Assembly (NCBI RefSeq): GCF_009914755.1
Contig: NC_060932.1
Reading direction: 5' to 3' (one strand)
Length of the DNA stretch: 64,000 nucleotides
From: the human T2T-CHM13v2.0 reference genome, Homo sapiens
Position numbers and translations under genes: made by a program
The notes under the pieces: model-generated
Databases searched by the model: none
What the model was told of the DNA's origin: nothing
Seen by the model: the letters and a program-made list of their open reading frames with translations, nothing else
In this document: positions 1-37,365 of the stretch, one piece after another
How positions within the stretch are numbered: position 1 is the stretch's first letter
Layout of the letters: every line of letters begins with the position of its first letter

Positions 1-895
1 CCATAATACCAAGTTAACTGAGATGGAGTGAAGCCAATAAATAAAGATTTAGTAGAACATATCTATCCTTTTCAAAGATGGAGGTAAATACCAGCAACAA
101 CTGCTAAAAGAGTTTGAGGAGATAAACTAGGGTGGGATAGAATGGAACAGGAAAATGCTGGTTTTCATTCTGAACTGTGTAGCAGTATTTGAAATTTTAA
201 ACTATGTGTGTGACTAAATAGACAGTAATAAAAAGTACGTATTTTTTCTAAATGAGGCAGGGTAAACATAGGGAACTGAGGTAAAAGGAAACAGTTTAAA
301 ATAATTATTTTTGTTTTCTTCAAACATGGTATTTTAGGCTCTACACTAGATCTTAAAATTAAGGACAAATTAGTCAGAATAATACATATCCCAGGAAAAC
401 TTCTGACTTAGCATTGTAAACCAATTCTAAGAATGGCTGGTAATTCATAACAAAGCCAAATAATGCTTCACAAGTAAGTATAGGATAGAATGAACACAAT
501 TTCGTTAAAAGGCAAGTACATATATTTTATGTGTTCAAGTACATATATTTATGTATATTTATGTATGTATCTGTGTATGTATCCACATGCAGAAAGATAA
601 TATACCCTGATACAAAATATACATGTTAAGTCTAAGAAGTCCTGTTACTCAAAGAAATATTTTCAAATATTATTAGATAATTCACTTGTCGATCATCCTT
701 TTTCAGCATCTAAAGAAATTTCAGACACAAAATATGCAACTGCATTTAGAATAAACAGATGGAAAAGCTATTGTAGAAAAAAATATAGGTTTTTAGAAAA
801 GTTGGAAAGATTACAGGCAAAAAATAAGAACATATATTAAATTACATTTGCAAGTTTCAAATATTTGTAACTCAACACAAAAACCTCTAAAAGTA

Positions 896-1213
<318 letters not shown>

Positions 1214-1241
1214 CTATTAACTTTAATAATGTAAATATCAT

Positions 1242-1540
1242 GGCCTGGCTCGGTGGCTCACATCTGTAATCCCAGCACTTTGGGAGGCCAAGGGGCCTGG
1301 AAAACATAGGAAGATCCCATCTTTACAAAAATAAAATTAAAACATTAGTAGGGCATGGTGGCATGAACTTATAGTCCCAGCTACTCAGGAGACTGAAAGA
1401 GGAGGATCACTTGAGCCCAGGAATTTAAGGATACAGTGAGCTATGACTGCACCACAGCACAGTCAGAGACAGACCCTGGGCAACAGAGCGAGACCCTGAA
1501 TCTAAAAATAATAATAATGATAATGGTAATAATAATAAAA
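1242..1540 (+). mobile_element. Alu (old, internally deleted)
   Basis: Alu 5' motif; (AAT)n-type tail. Confidence 0.8.
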
Positions 1541-1555
1541 ATATCAATTTAAAGT

Positions 1556-1561
1556 TTTATT
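1556..1561 (-). terminator. Candidate IMPA1 poly(A) signal AATAAA
   Basis: tttatt on plus strand; a U-rich tract follows on the minus strand. Confidence 0.6.
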
Positions 1562-2941
1562 CATGATCGTCTTATTAAAATAAATTTAATTGCAAAAACA
1601 ACCTGTCTTAGAATACAGTATCAGATGTTTTAAGTACATGTGATCAACAGTACAAATAATTATAGCAGTCAAACCTTAGTATCACACATACTTAATATAT
1701 TAGATATACACAATAATAAAATCACTCCCTACCTTGAAAACTTTACAGAAGCATTTTTAATTTTACAACACAAAGCTCAAACGAACCTACAATAAGTCTA
1801 GTAGTCTGTTTACGTGCCAAGGGATAAGGCTGAACAATAAATTAACCCTTTAAAAATGTCTATGAACAAGTACAATTTTCTTTTTGAGTTCTGCAGAGCA
1901 ATGACCACTAAGAAATATTTTTAAAGGCTGAACAGAATCCAGCGGCAATGAAGTTAATTAAATAAGAAGACTAAGAGAAAAATAAACAGTTCAATATTAA
2001 CAATACAGTATATTTGCCAGCACAATCAAATCAGTATAAACACCTTTAAAACATGAATACTGAACTTAGTAAAATGTTATATTGTATCTAATTATGTCAG
2101 ATATCTGATGAGAGTGCTTTTTATTATAGAAATAGTTTCTTCTCTCTTACACAAGACTTTAAAGCAAATCCAAACAGACAATTTAACTGTTTTGGAAAAT
2201 GTATTCACTGCAGAAATGCCCACAATAAGCCATGCTATCTGATGGTATGGTAATGTGAAATGGCATGGTAACGTGAAATAAAAAAAATTTAACTAGATAA
2301 TTTTTACTTCAAACCTGAAGCAAAAGTACAGAATGCTGAGTTCATTACTTTATGTATCTATTGTAACTAGGAATTACTACATTAAAAATATTCATTCTTA
2401 CAATGTTTGTTTTTAGTTGCCTAGATATGTAATGGGCCAGGTGCTATATGAACACTGAAGAATAAAACAAAAAAGGTTCTCTGCAAAGAAAAAAAAGTTG
2501 GCCTAGGGTACTCAGTATATCCTTACAAATTTAATTATATATGGTTTTTGAAACTAAAGAGAAATGTTTTTCCAAACAGTTAACTTTCTAAGTGGGTGTC
2601 TCTGCACCTATATACTAAGTCAAAATTTCAGGGGACCATAGATATTTAGAAACACAAAATTGCTAATTGACTATTTCAGTTGATGTTATATTTATCAACT
2701 GTACTTCCTGGGTATGTTTCCTAAAGTACATTCTTACATGCAAAATTTTTTAAATCAGTGAAACAAACATTATGTCAATTCTTGCAAACCTAGACATAGT
2801 AAAATAAGAAACAAGTTCCAAATTTTTGACCTGGACAAAGAGAATTTAAACCAAGCATATCATACATCCAAAACACATATCCATTGATGAGTCACCAAAT
2901 CTGGGGAAAAGCAACTGGGATTGACTATGAGGCTGCCTTAA

Positions 2942-25151
<22,210 letters not shown>

Positions 25152-26439
25152 CTTCTGAAAATATTTGACAAATATCTGTACAAAGTAGTTATAACTGTCT
25201 TAGAAGTCTTAATTATAGAATAGTTAGTTCACAAAAACGTCTTAATTAGAAACAGACTGTCATTTCAGGATTCACCCCCTGCCCTAGAGTTTTTCCCAAG
25301 ATTTATGCCTATACCCAGTAAAAAACATTTCTCACCTAAATTACCTAATTTCTATATCAAATTATTTTCATAAAGACTATTCTATGAAATTGCTTCCCAG
25401 TGTGTCTGTACCATATTACATTTTTTTAAAAAACCAAAACATTCGTTTGGAGAATAGATAAGAAACAACACAAGAAATACTTTAAAAGTTAGGATAATAT
25501 TTTGGAGGAGAATACAGTGAAAACGAGAAAGAACACTGGGAATACTGAAATAAAAGAAGCTTGAAGGGAAGCAGCAAAAGGTACTTGAAAAAATTATGTG
25601 TAAAGATGAAGAACTTAAGGTTCAGAGATGAGAAATAATTTGCCCAAAATTACAGACAAATGACACAGAACTTGAATTCAATTCTGATTTTAAAGTCCAT
25701 TTTTCTTTCTATTATAACATTCTGAGAAAAGAAAATTCCAGGACCAAAAAAAATAAGAAAAAAGCAAATTTATTTCCCTGAGTTTCACAGAGGGAAAAAA
25801 AAACCCAACATATATTTGTGTTCTAAACTGTCCAGTTTTCCACTGACTTCTGAAGACTAAAATAACTCACCACTGGCTTGATCACACTCTGAAGTCTGTA
25901 CCTAGCACAGTAAAGCTTTTTAAGCTGTCAGACTAAAAACTGTGGCACCATTTATAAAACAACCCTAATTTTGTCTCCTTTCCAATAGAAAATAATAGAC
26001 ACAGAGTTACATCTTGAAGACTATTCAGAAACTCCTATCTTGGGGCCCACATTATAGGAAAGAGGACAGGAGTGGAAAGGAGGGCAAAAGACCCACACGC
26101 TAAATTTCTTCCTGATGCTTTTTCTTCCTGATTAAAGCATTTTTTAAAATTTTGTTTTAAAGGAAGCCACTCTATGAGTCATATAAGCAACTCCTTCAAG
26201 CTCTTCAAGAATTGTTTCCAAACTTTTTTTTTTCACTCTTACTCCCATTCTGCTCCACTAGTCTTAACAGAACTAGATGTTCTCAAGCTGTACCTGCTTT
26301 CCTGCCAGAAACAGCTCAAGCCACTCACACCCCCGCCTTCTAACAGCACTAATGTAACTCTACAAATTCTTCAGGACCCATTTCAAAAGCTACTTCTAGG
26401 GATTCTCCACCCAGAAGTCACTATGTCCTTCATCCTTCA

Positions 26440-27420
26440 ATAGATGTTTACTGAATACCTATTGTATGCTATACACTGCACCATGGGGAGGAAAATCAGG
26501 TCCTGTTCACACTTTCTAGGAGGGGACTCAATATCAATCAAAAACTAAAGACTACATGCAAAATAACAACTGGAATAATATAAGTTAAGGAGAAGAAGTG
26601 CAATGAGAAGCATCTAACAGGGGAGCTTTCACCTGGACTTAGGCATCAGATCAGGTTTCCCTGAAGACAAGATTAAACCAAGATGAGAACAAGTGAACAG
26701 GCATGAACTCAATCAACTGCAGGATGCCTGGTACATGAAGACTAACTGAACAGCCTAAGAGTGACAGCTCAGATTAAGGGAAACAGGAGAGATAAAGCTG
26801 GGGAGGTAGTGGGGATCATCCTCTACAGGGGGGCCTTAGGGATAAGACATTGATTGAAGGGGCTTCAAGAATCACTTCATTGTGGCTACTCAACAGAAGG
26901 GTAGAAAGTGGGTGTTGGTAGAGGGTCAGCAGATTTACATTCAGGATGCAGTAGTGGGAGGATACCTGATGATTGGCTGAAACCTGGGAGGGAAGTTTTG
27001 CTGGTAGAGAAGTTAAGAGAGTCAGAGATACCTGTTTTGAGGGAATCTAACAGATTGGCTACAGAGTACCAGGGACAGGAAGAGTTCAGATTTCCTCTGA
27101 ATCTGGATGTCCAGATTTCCCACTCTGGCAACTGTATGGATAACCGTCACAGTCTACTGAAACAGGGAGCAACAAAAAAAGAGTCAAGTTTGGGATATAG
27201 GTAGGAGTTTGAGAGATCAGGAGTTTAATTAGCGGAAGATGAGAGGCCTCTGTAAAATCAAAAGATGTCAGTTAGGCAGCTGAATCATGGATCCTGAGCT
27301 CACAGGAGAGGTATGGCCTCCATGTAGAAACATGTAAGTTACTTGAGTAGACAGCAACTGAGGTCCTGAGTCTGGATAATCACTGGATAGGCATGATTGA
27401 CAACTGTGTAGAAATGTGAT
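26440..27420 (+). mobile_element. L2 fragments
   Basis: ttcaatagatgtttactgaatacctattgtatgc and purine-rich L2-like body. Confidence 0.5.
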
Positions 27421-27429
27421 CCCACAAAA

Positions 27430-27688
27430 TCAGTATGATCCAAATGGAACAGACTGACTGTGGAAACCCAGCAAGGACTGTCCATTCGGATTCATCTTGG
27501 CCTCTCTGTCCAGCATTCCTTTCTCCTGTATATGGGGCAAGACCCCTTGTGAAATGGAGGTCTTACGATCTACAGTCAGACAAGGTAGGTCAGAGAATTT
27601 CTTCATGGCTAGTTCTAAGACAGAAAGGTGGGCCAAGATTCCTGTCAAGGGCTATGGGAGTTATGAGCCAGGAATGGTGGATGCAAAC

Positions 27689-27690
<2 letters not shown>
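27430..27690 (-). mobile_element. MER21-like LTR fragment
   Basis: acaaggtaggtcagagaatttct and gggctatgggagttatgagccagga motifs. Confidence 0.6.
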
Positions 27691-27720
<30 letters not shown>

Positions 27721-29435
27721 TACACACATACACACACACACACACATACACACACATACACATATATAATACAGTAAATATACTTTATATACTATATATT
27801 TAGATACTATATATAGTATATATACCATACATAAGTATATTTAGATACTATATATAGTATACCATACATAAGTATATTTAGATACTATATATAGTATATA
27901 TACCATACATAAGTATATTTAGATACTATATATAGTATATATACCATACATAAGTATATTTAGATACTATATATAGTATATATACCATACATATTTAGAT
28001 ACTATATATAGTATACTATACATAAGTATATTTAGATACTATATATAGTATACTACACACAGTATCTTTAGATACTACAGTATACTACACATAAGTATCT
28101 TTAGATACTATGTGTAGTATATATACTACACATAAGTATCTTTAGATACTTATGTGTAGTATATATACTACACATAAGTATCTTTAGATACTAATGTGTA
28201 GTATATATACTACACATAAGTATCTTTAGATACTAATGTGTAGTATATATACTACACATAGTATCTTTAGATACTTATGTGTAGTATATATACTACACAT
28301 AAGTATCTTTAGATATATATATCTAGTATATATATACTACACATAAGTATATATACTACACATAAGTATATATACTACACATAAGTATATTTAGATACTA
28401 TGTGGAGTATAAATACTACACATAAGTATATTTAGATACTATGTGGAGTATATATACTACACATAAGTATATTTAGATACTATGTGGAGTATATATACTA
28501 CACATAAGTATATTTAGATACTATGTGGAGTATATATACTATACATAGTATCTATGTGTAGTATATATACTATACATAAGTATATTTAGATACTATGTAT
28601 AGTATATATACTATACATAAGTATATTTAGATACTATGTATAGTATATATACTATACATAAGTATATTTAGATACTATGTATAGTATATATACTATACAT
28701 AAGTATATTTAGATACTATATATACTATACGTAAGTATATTTAGATACTATATATAGTATATATACTATACATAAGTATATTTAGATATATATACTATAA
28801 ATAAGTATATTTAGATACTATATATAGTATACATTAAGTATATTTAGATACTATATATAGTATATATACTATACATAAGTATATTTAGATACTATATATA
28901 CTATACATAAGTATATTTAGATACTATATATACTATACATAAGTATATTTAGATACTATATATACTATACATAAGTATAGATACTATATATAGTATATAT
29001 AGTATATATACTATACATAGTATATTTATGTACTATACATATAGTATATTTATATACTATATGTAAGTATATATGTAAGTATATTTATGTACTATATATA
29101 AGTATATATACCTAAGTATATTTAGGTACTATATATAAGTATGTATACCTAAGTATATTTCTGTACTATATATAAGTATATATACCTAAGTATATTTCTG
29201 TACTATATATAAGTATATATACGTAAGTATATTTCTGTACTATATATAAGTATATATACGTAAGTATATTTATGTACTATATATAAGTATACAGAAGTAT
29301 ATTTATGTACTATATATAAGTATATATACTATACATAAGTATATTTATGTACTATATATAAAGTATATAAGTACATTTTATATATATTTTTATATATAGT
29401 TATATATAATATATGAATAGTTATATATATATAAA
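27689..29435. repeat. Complex AT-rich minisatellite (~28-41 bp units) preceded by (TA)n(CA)n
   Basis: Tandem variants of catacataagtatatttagatactatatatagtatatatac. Confidence 0.95.
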
Positions 29436-29478
29436 TCACAGTACATTTATTGATGGGCAGGGTCCGTAGTTTACTCAC

Positions 29479-29631
29479 TTTCATTTTCCCAAAGCCATAA
29501 ACACCTGAACTGTTTCCTGCTGTTTCTGTCCTGGTCACAGCCTTCCAGCGTAGGAGCCAGGCCACCTTCCTTTTTGCCACCTGTCCCAGCACCGCGACTG
29601 CGGGCAGCACAGGACCTGGGCGCTGCCCCAT
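29479..29631 (-). CDS. IMPA1: IMPA1 alternative exon encoding an N-terminal extension (MGQRPGPV...GFGKMK), 336-aa isoform
   Basis: ATG at 29631 (GTGATGG), 51 codons to donor AAA|gtgagt at 29478. In frame with exon 2 UTR (IFVKYFQK) and the main ATG. Likely acceptor cctag| at 29672. Confidence 0.8.
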
Positions 29632-30170
29632 CACTTAGAGTGACTACCTGGGCCTGGGGATGCACCAAGTTTCTAGGAGCTTTTCGGAGTTGGGGACATA
29701 AAAAGGGGCAATTATTCCACAGAAGCCGCCACAGAGGTTAAGTGAGGTCGCGTGAGCGAACCGCTACTCCAATGCCGGAACTGTTCCCGGTCGCCCAGGG
29801 CAGCTCCGGATAACGCAGCAGGCAGGGGTCACCCAGAGGCTGCCTCCACCCTAGGCGCCGACCGCGCACGGCGCTCGCGCCCGCTCCTGAGGAGGGAAGG
29901 GGCCTCCCTGGAAACCCACAGCGCCCGCTGAACCCGGAGGGTGCGGTGAGGAAAATAACGGTCTCACCTTGAGTCGGAGGACGTCCGGCTAGCTCTGTGA
30001 ACGGTGTTACCGCACTCGTCTCTTCCGGAGGTAGAGGGGCTACTCGCAACAGGAAGTTCCGCCCTTAAAAACTCCATTCCTGAGGGGGCGTGGTTGCTTT
30101 GCTGGGCCCCGCCCCGAGCTGCGCCCTGCGAGCCTCTGCCAGGCCGGGCCGGGTCCTGACCCGCGCTGGA
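29500..30170. promoter_or_regulatory. CpG island / IMPA1 promoter
   Basis: Only strongly GC- and CpG-rich block in the window. ETS core CAGGAAGT 30050-30057; GC boxes ccgccc 30059-30064, ggggcgtgg ~30084-30092, ccccgcccc ~30107-30115. Confidence 0.85.
29968..30045 (-). other. IMPA1: IMPA1 non-coding exon 1 (5' end approximate)
   Basis: Consensus donor CAAG|gtgaga at 29967 inside the CpG island, just downstream of ETS and GC-box motifs. Confidence 0.75.
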
Positions 30171-30544
30171 GCATGGGATACTGCCTCTTCATTCTAGCTT
30201 CTGGTTCTTTTCTCCTGCTTGTCTTTTCATCTCTCAGTTTTTAAACATTACTTCTCTCTTTACTTTGCCTTTTTCTTCTTTCGTCCTCCATTCATTCACG
30301 GTTTCCCATTTAGCTTGCTTTCTTCTTTCTCCCATTTATTCTATAGTACTATTTTGACAAAACCCAGATTGCAGATATGATTCCGATTATGCAGCTTTTA
30401 GGTGCTAACCTAAAGCTGGTAAACCTATACTAGATTAAAAAAAAATAAACTGATAACCAGAACCAACTGCCCAATTCTTGATAATTTACTTACATACTAT
30501 TTATTGAGGACTTACTATGCTTCAAGCAATTGTGTGGGGTTTTA

Positions 30545-30833
30545 TTGTTTTGTTTTTTTGAGACGGAATTTCACTTTTGTCGCCCGGGCTGAAGTGCAAT
30601 GGCGCGATCTCGGCTCACTGCAACGTCCGCCTCTTGGATTCAAGCGATTCTCATGCCTCAGCCTCCTGAGTAGCTGGGATTACAGACGCCTGCCACAACG
30701 CCCGGCTAATTTTTGTATCTTGTAGAGACGGGGTTTCACCATGTTGCTCAGGCTGGTCTCAAACTCCTGGACTCAAGTGATCCGCCTACCTCGGCCTCCC
30801 AAAGATTACAGGCATGAGCCACCACGCCTGGCC
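30545..30833 (-). mobile_element. Alu
   Basis: Antisense Alu. Confidence 0.9.
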
Positions 30834-30849
30834 GAAATGTGTTTTTATA

Positions 30850-30980
30850 TGCATTATTTTCCTTAAAGTTTTAACAGTTTCTTGAAAAAGGTATGATTAG
30901 CTTTGTCAGACAGATGAGGAAACTGAGGCTCAGAGTAGTTAAGTGATTTGTCCTCAGGTCACACAGCAAGAGCAGAGAGT
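30850..30980 (-). mobile_element. MIR
   Basis: MIR core acagatgaggaaactgaggctcagag..gttaagtgatttg. Confidence 0.8.
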
Positions 30981-31000
30981 GAAACACACTGAGTTCAAAG

Positions 31001-31986
<986 letters not shown>

Positions 31987-32052
31987 AAAGTTTACACACT
32001 GAGAATATATGGCACAATGAGATCACATTATATGAGGTACAAGGACTAGTTA

Positions 32053-32461
<409 letters not shown>

Positions 32462-34409
32462 CTAGCTACAACTGGACCAGGAAAGTAAGTTAGTTATTTG
32501 GCTCTTTGCTTAGGAAGTTACTGTTTCTGTTTGTTTAATCAAAAGACAAAATGTCACCAATATATTTCAAATGAAATGTCTTAGAGATGAGTAATTTGGA
32601 CTGGACTCAATTCTCACACCTCACAAGGACCAATAAACATCTTTAATCCAAAAAGAGTGATGCCTTAGGTATCCGGTTTGGATGTCTATCAAATGATACT
32701 TTATTTTCTTAGAAAAAAAAAAAAGGCTTCTGAGGCTAGTTTTTCGGTTCTTCATTGCCAATCTTCTTAAAATAAAAATATTGCCAACCGCATGCTGACA
32801 AGTGCTCATTCGTAACCAACTAATATTTCCAAAGTTTTAACAGAAAAGTCATCGGTCATCTAAGTTTATGTAAATGAATGTGGTTTCAGTGACTTGAAAA
32901 AACTGCTAAAATCAGCATAAACAATTTGAAGTAAAATAAACTAAATATCAAATATCCCTTCAAATGAAAACCTTACAAGCTTCCTATGTCAGGTGAGCAG
33001 GAAGTCCAGTTTTTCCAAGAGGCCTCACCTCAACAGCTACTTCACATTGGTTCTCAGGTAACTCACTCAGTATTTTTCAGTCCAAAGAGGCCGTTCTGCT
33101 TCCAAATGCCTTACCGAAAGTGAAGTGAAAATCTGCCGGTGCACAGGGAAGTCTTAGTGTTCAGGCTCGATTATAGTGGGGCTGGAAACTGGTCTCACAA
33201 ATCCAAAGGATCTTTTCTCTGATGCTGTGAAGGTAGTTCACATGGCTGCAGAGACCTCAGTACAGGATGCATGGCCCTTGAGTTCCCAAAGGGGCATTTT
33301 TTAAAACTACAGTCCCATCTGCAGCCATTGTTCCCAAACCTAAGAATATCTGCTGTGCCCAGGTGGTTGTCGGGGGCAGGGGACAGCAGCACAAACTCTG
33401 CTTCCTGGCATGATGTCCAGCTCCTCACTCTTCCAACCTTCCCTAAGGGGAGTTCCCTCTTGGAGGCCTTTGGTATCCTTTCCTGTCAGCTGACTCCCAT
33501 CTATGAGAGAGGTTGTAATTACGCTGAACCTCAGAATGAAAGAGAGGTGAGATCCAATGCCCCTGACACCTCCCCAGACAGCTGAGTGTACACAAGAGAG
33601 TTCTAGGGAAGGGTGGCCCTGTGAAGCCACAAAGTGGTCTGGTCATCCTTCCCAGTGGGCAATAGGTGCTTCCTTGTTCTGTATTTGTACAATAAAGAGG
33701 GGCCATAGGAATTCCTTCCCCAGAAATTGTGGGCATCTTGCCAACTACACTTAGTCTTTGGAGATGACTTCTTTTTAAATAACCACTCTCTTCACTAAAA
33801 AATAATTCAGGTTCCACATGCGAAGACGTTCTTGGTTATAATAATTATTTAAGTGGACTTTGATTTAAATGATCAAATATAAATACACCATGGCAGCTGT
33901 TCAGGGGTGGAGTGTCCAAGGATATCTAATAAGATCTCATGTTTGATATAACAGATTGGAGTTGCATATATTGGTTAAGACTTTGACATACCCTTATAAG
34001 GCCAACAGCTTTCCAAGATATAAAAATATATATCATAAAATTGTTATTCTTGGAAGAGTGTATCATAGAATCATCTCTTAAGAGCTGGAAAGAAACTTTT
34101 TTAAAAATTGGCATAACCATTCTATCTCTGGATCGTTATTCTATCTTATAGAATCGTGGCTGTGGAAAATAGTTGGTATGAACTCAACTGATTAGTCAGT
34201 CTGCTTTATGCCTCTCATTCTTATTTTTTTAAAAAGGAATAACTTGGGTCACCCCATCCCTATCCATATTTTTGGACAAGTTTTACTATGTAAAATCTGT
34301 CCTCCTTGATACATCTATTAAAGAAATAAAATATACTCCAAATTCCATCCATGCCCTTGCAACTGCTTTATAAGATCATTTAAATATGCATAATGTAACA
34401 AAAATAATA

Positions 34410-34600
34410 ATAGGGCTTACCATGTGTCAGGCATTCTTATGAGGACCTTGCTCATATTAATTCACTTAATCCTCACAATAATACCACGAGGTAGGTACTA
34501 CCATTATCGCCATTTTCAGCATGAATTTGGGCATAGAGAAATCAAGTAACTTGACCAAAATGTTCCCCAGCTGGTAAGATGATGGAGCTAGAAGTGCAGC
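34410..34600 (-). mobile_element. MIR
   Basis: ttaatcctcacaataatacc..gaggtaggtactaccattat..cattttc. Confidence 0.7.
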
Positions 34601-34603
34601 CCA

Positions 34604-35192
<589 letters not shown>

Positions 35193-36151
35193 CCCAAAAC
35201 ATTATGTAAGTTAAATTTGTACAAATGTAATTCTATTTTAAACCTATAGTGGATATTTCAGTTTAAAGGAGTAAAATATTCTACATACACAATTATCACT
35301 TTATAAACCAAATAAACATCTATCATGTCTATTTGGTTTATATCAGATTTTATACAAATTTTGGTAGTCATATACTGGATTTGGTGGCATTTAAAGAAAA
35401 AAGAACCTTGGTTATCTTATCAACTGGCAAAGTAAACAAAAATTCTCTAATTCTATGATCAAGATGGTGAATAGTACTGATAGAAAATGTTGAAAGTTTT
35501 AGGCTCCATACATAGTTATACGATTGCTATTTCAAACTAGCAGCAGATCTACCAGGGTTGAAAGTTAAAACTGATAAAACAATAGCACTTACTATGTCCC
35601 AGGCACTCTTCCAAGCACATTACATGTATACTCTCACTTAATTCCTAGGACAATCTATGGAGTTGACACCATTAGCTTCATTTGTTAAATGAGAAAACTG
35701 GACTATAAGAAGATCAAAGAATTTGCCATAAGGCTAGGAAATAGGGAAAGCAGGATTATTTAGAGTGATATTTCCTATTCTCGATCCCACACTTTCTTGC
35801 ACAAGATCGTAGACTTGCCCTAGATAATAAAAATTTTCACTGAAGATTAAAAGGAGGTTTTTGAAAAGCACACTATTTATTTGGACACTAGTCTGTGCTT
35901 CAACACATTATTTGAATAAGCACACAGAAGATACTGTGTTAGATGTGATAGGGAATATCAAAATGAATAAACATAGTTATTATGCTCAAAGACTTAGAGC
36001 AAAATAGGAAAATTAAAACAGGACACAAATAGTCATAAAACAAGCCAGGTTAGCTGGAATGAACAATACTCATAACATACTAAGTCATTCTGTTTGGGTA
36101 AAAGACTATGTGTAACGAGGTGAGAGAGGAGATATAATGAAACTGGGAAAC

Positions 36152-36479
<328 letters not shown>

Positions 36480-37190
36480 TTAAGGTCAGACAGTAGAGTA
36501 TAATAAATGCCTCATTAAGAAATACAAATTCATTTAAAAAGCAAAAAGTCTTCATTGCTGGGAAATTATATGGTCAATGTTAGATTTTAGGAAAATTAAT
36601 CTGACAGTGAGTAGAGGGTGGAGAGACAGGCCAGAAGCCAATTTAGAAAGGTTTAGGGAAGAAGCAATATAGTGCAGAAAAAAGTGATAGCACTGAGAAT
36701 TGAGAAGAGCACTGGCAATTGAATTACAGGCTGTTTCTGTAGGAAATACATTCACTATAAAGAAAGAAAGAAAGAAGACAGAAGAGAGATGAGGTTGAAG
36801 AGCTGACCCTGTGTTGTGGGGTAAACAGTAATGCCTTTGGTGGGTTAACATGGAAGACAGGAGAAAGCTTAGCTCTGAGGGCAGAGATGCCACATTTACT
36901 TTAAAACATACTTATTTTGATGTGCTAATGAAATTTACAAATTCATTCACCGAGTGAGAATTTGTCAAATGTCTGCTATCTGGGTGTTCCTTCTTTTAAT
37001 ACTTAGGATATATCATAATCACTAAATAAGTTTTCTATTGCTCTGTCTCATTTAGGAGACCACTGAAAGTATCATATTGACATCATAGCCTATAAAACAT
37101 TCTCAAACCAACACAGTTGCAAAGTTGTCTCCTTCCTCTGAACTTCTGTATTATCATCTCCACCACTCATTGAGTACTTAGCATATACGA

Positions 37191-37192
<2 letters not shown>

Positions 37193-37234
<42 letters not shown>

Positions 37235-37236
37235 GT
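37193..37236. repeat. (TG)n(TA)n microsatellite
   Basis: Direct reading. Confidence 0.9.
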
Positions 37237-37357
37237 ATTCTCTACCCCCCAATGTCAGATTTTTAATTACATTATAAGTGGCTTAAGAGCAGGTATCATT
37301 ATAGTTATTCTTTTACTCTCCCACAGTGCCCTACCCAGAGTAGGAATTCAGTAATGC

Positions 37358-37363
37358 TTTAAT
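37358..37363 (-). terminator. Candidate SLC10A5 poly(A) signal ATTAAA
   Basis: Minus strand reads TAA ca ATTAAA directly after the stop. Confidence 0.5.
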
Positions 37364-37365
37364 TG

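Noticed and set aside
2242-2278. 18-bp imperfect tandem duplication in the IMPA1 3' UTR
   Set aside because: Two copies with two mismatches; ordinary slippage with no sign of function
27689-29435. Repeat array as a possible CRISPR-like locus
   Set aside because: No unique spacers; the units are contiguous variants of one AT-rich motif in eukaryotic intron DNA, with no cas genes
29738-30049. 103-aa ORF across IMPA1 exon 1 and a possible non-AUG extension from exon 1
   Set aside because: Non-ATG start in GC-rich DNA, running through the donor; the frame of exon 1 that joins the main ATG contains a TAG
30170-30500. Possible divergent plus-strand gene from the IMPA1 CpG island
   Set aside because: No exon chain or ORF is visible; a non-coding transcript cannot be judged from sequence alone
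33195-33817. Cluster of overlapping ORFs on both strands
   Set aside because: No recognisable domain or exon chain; expected from locally higher GC
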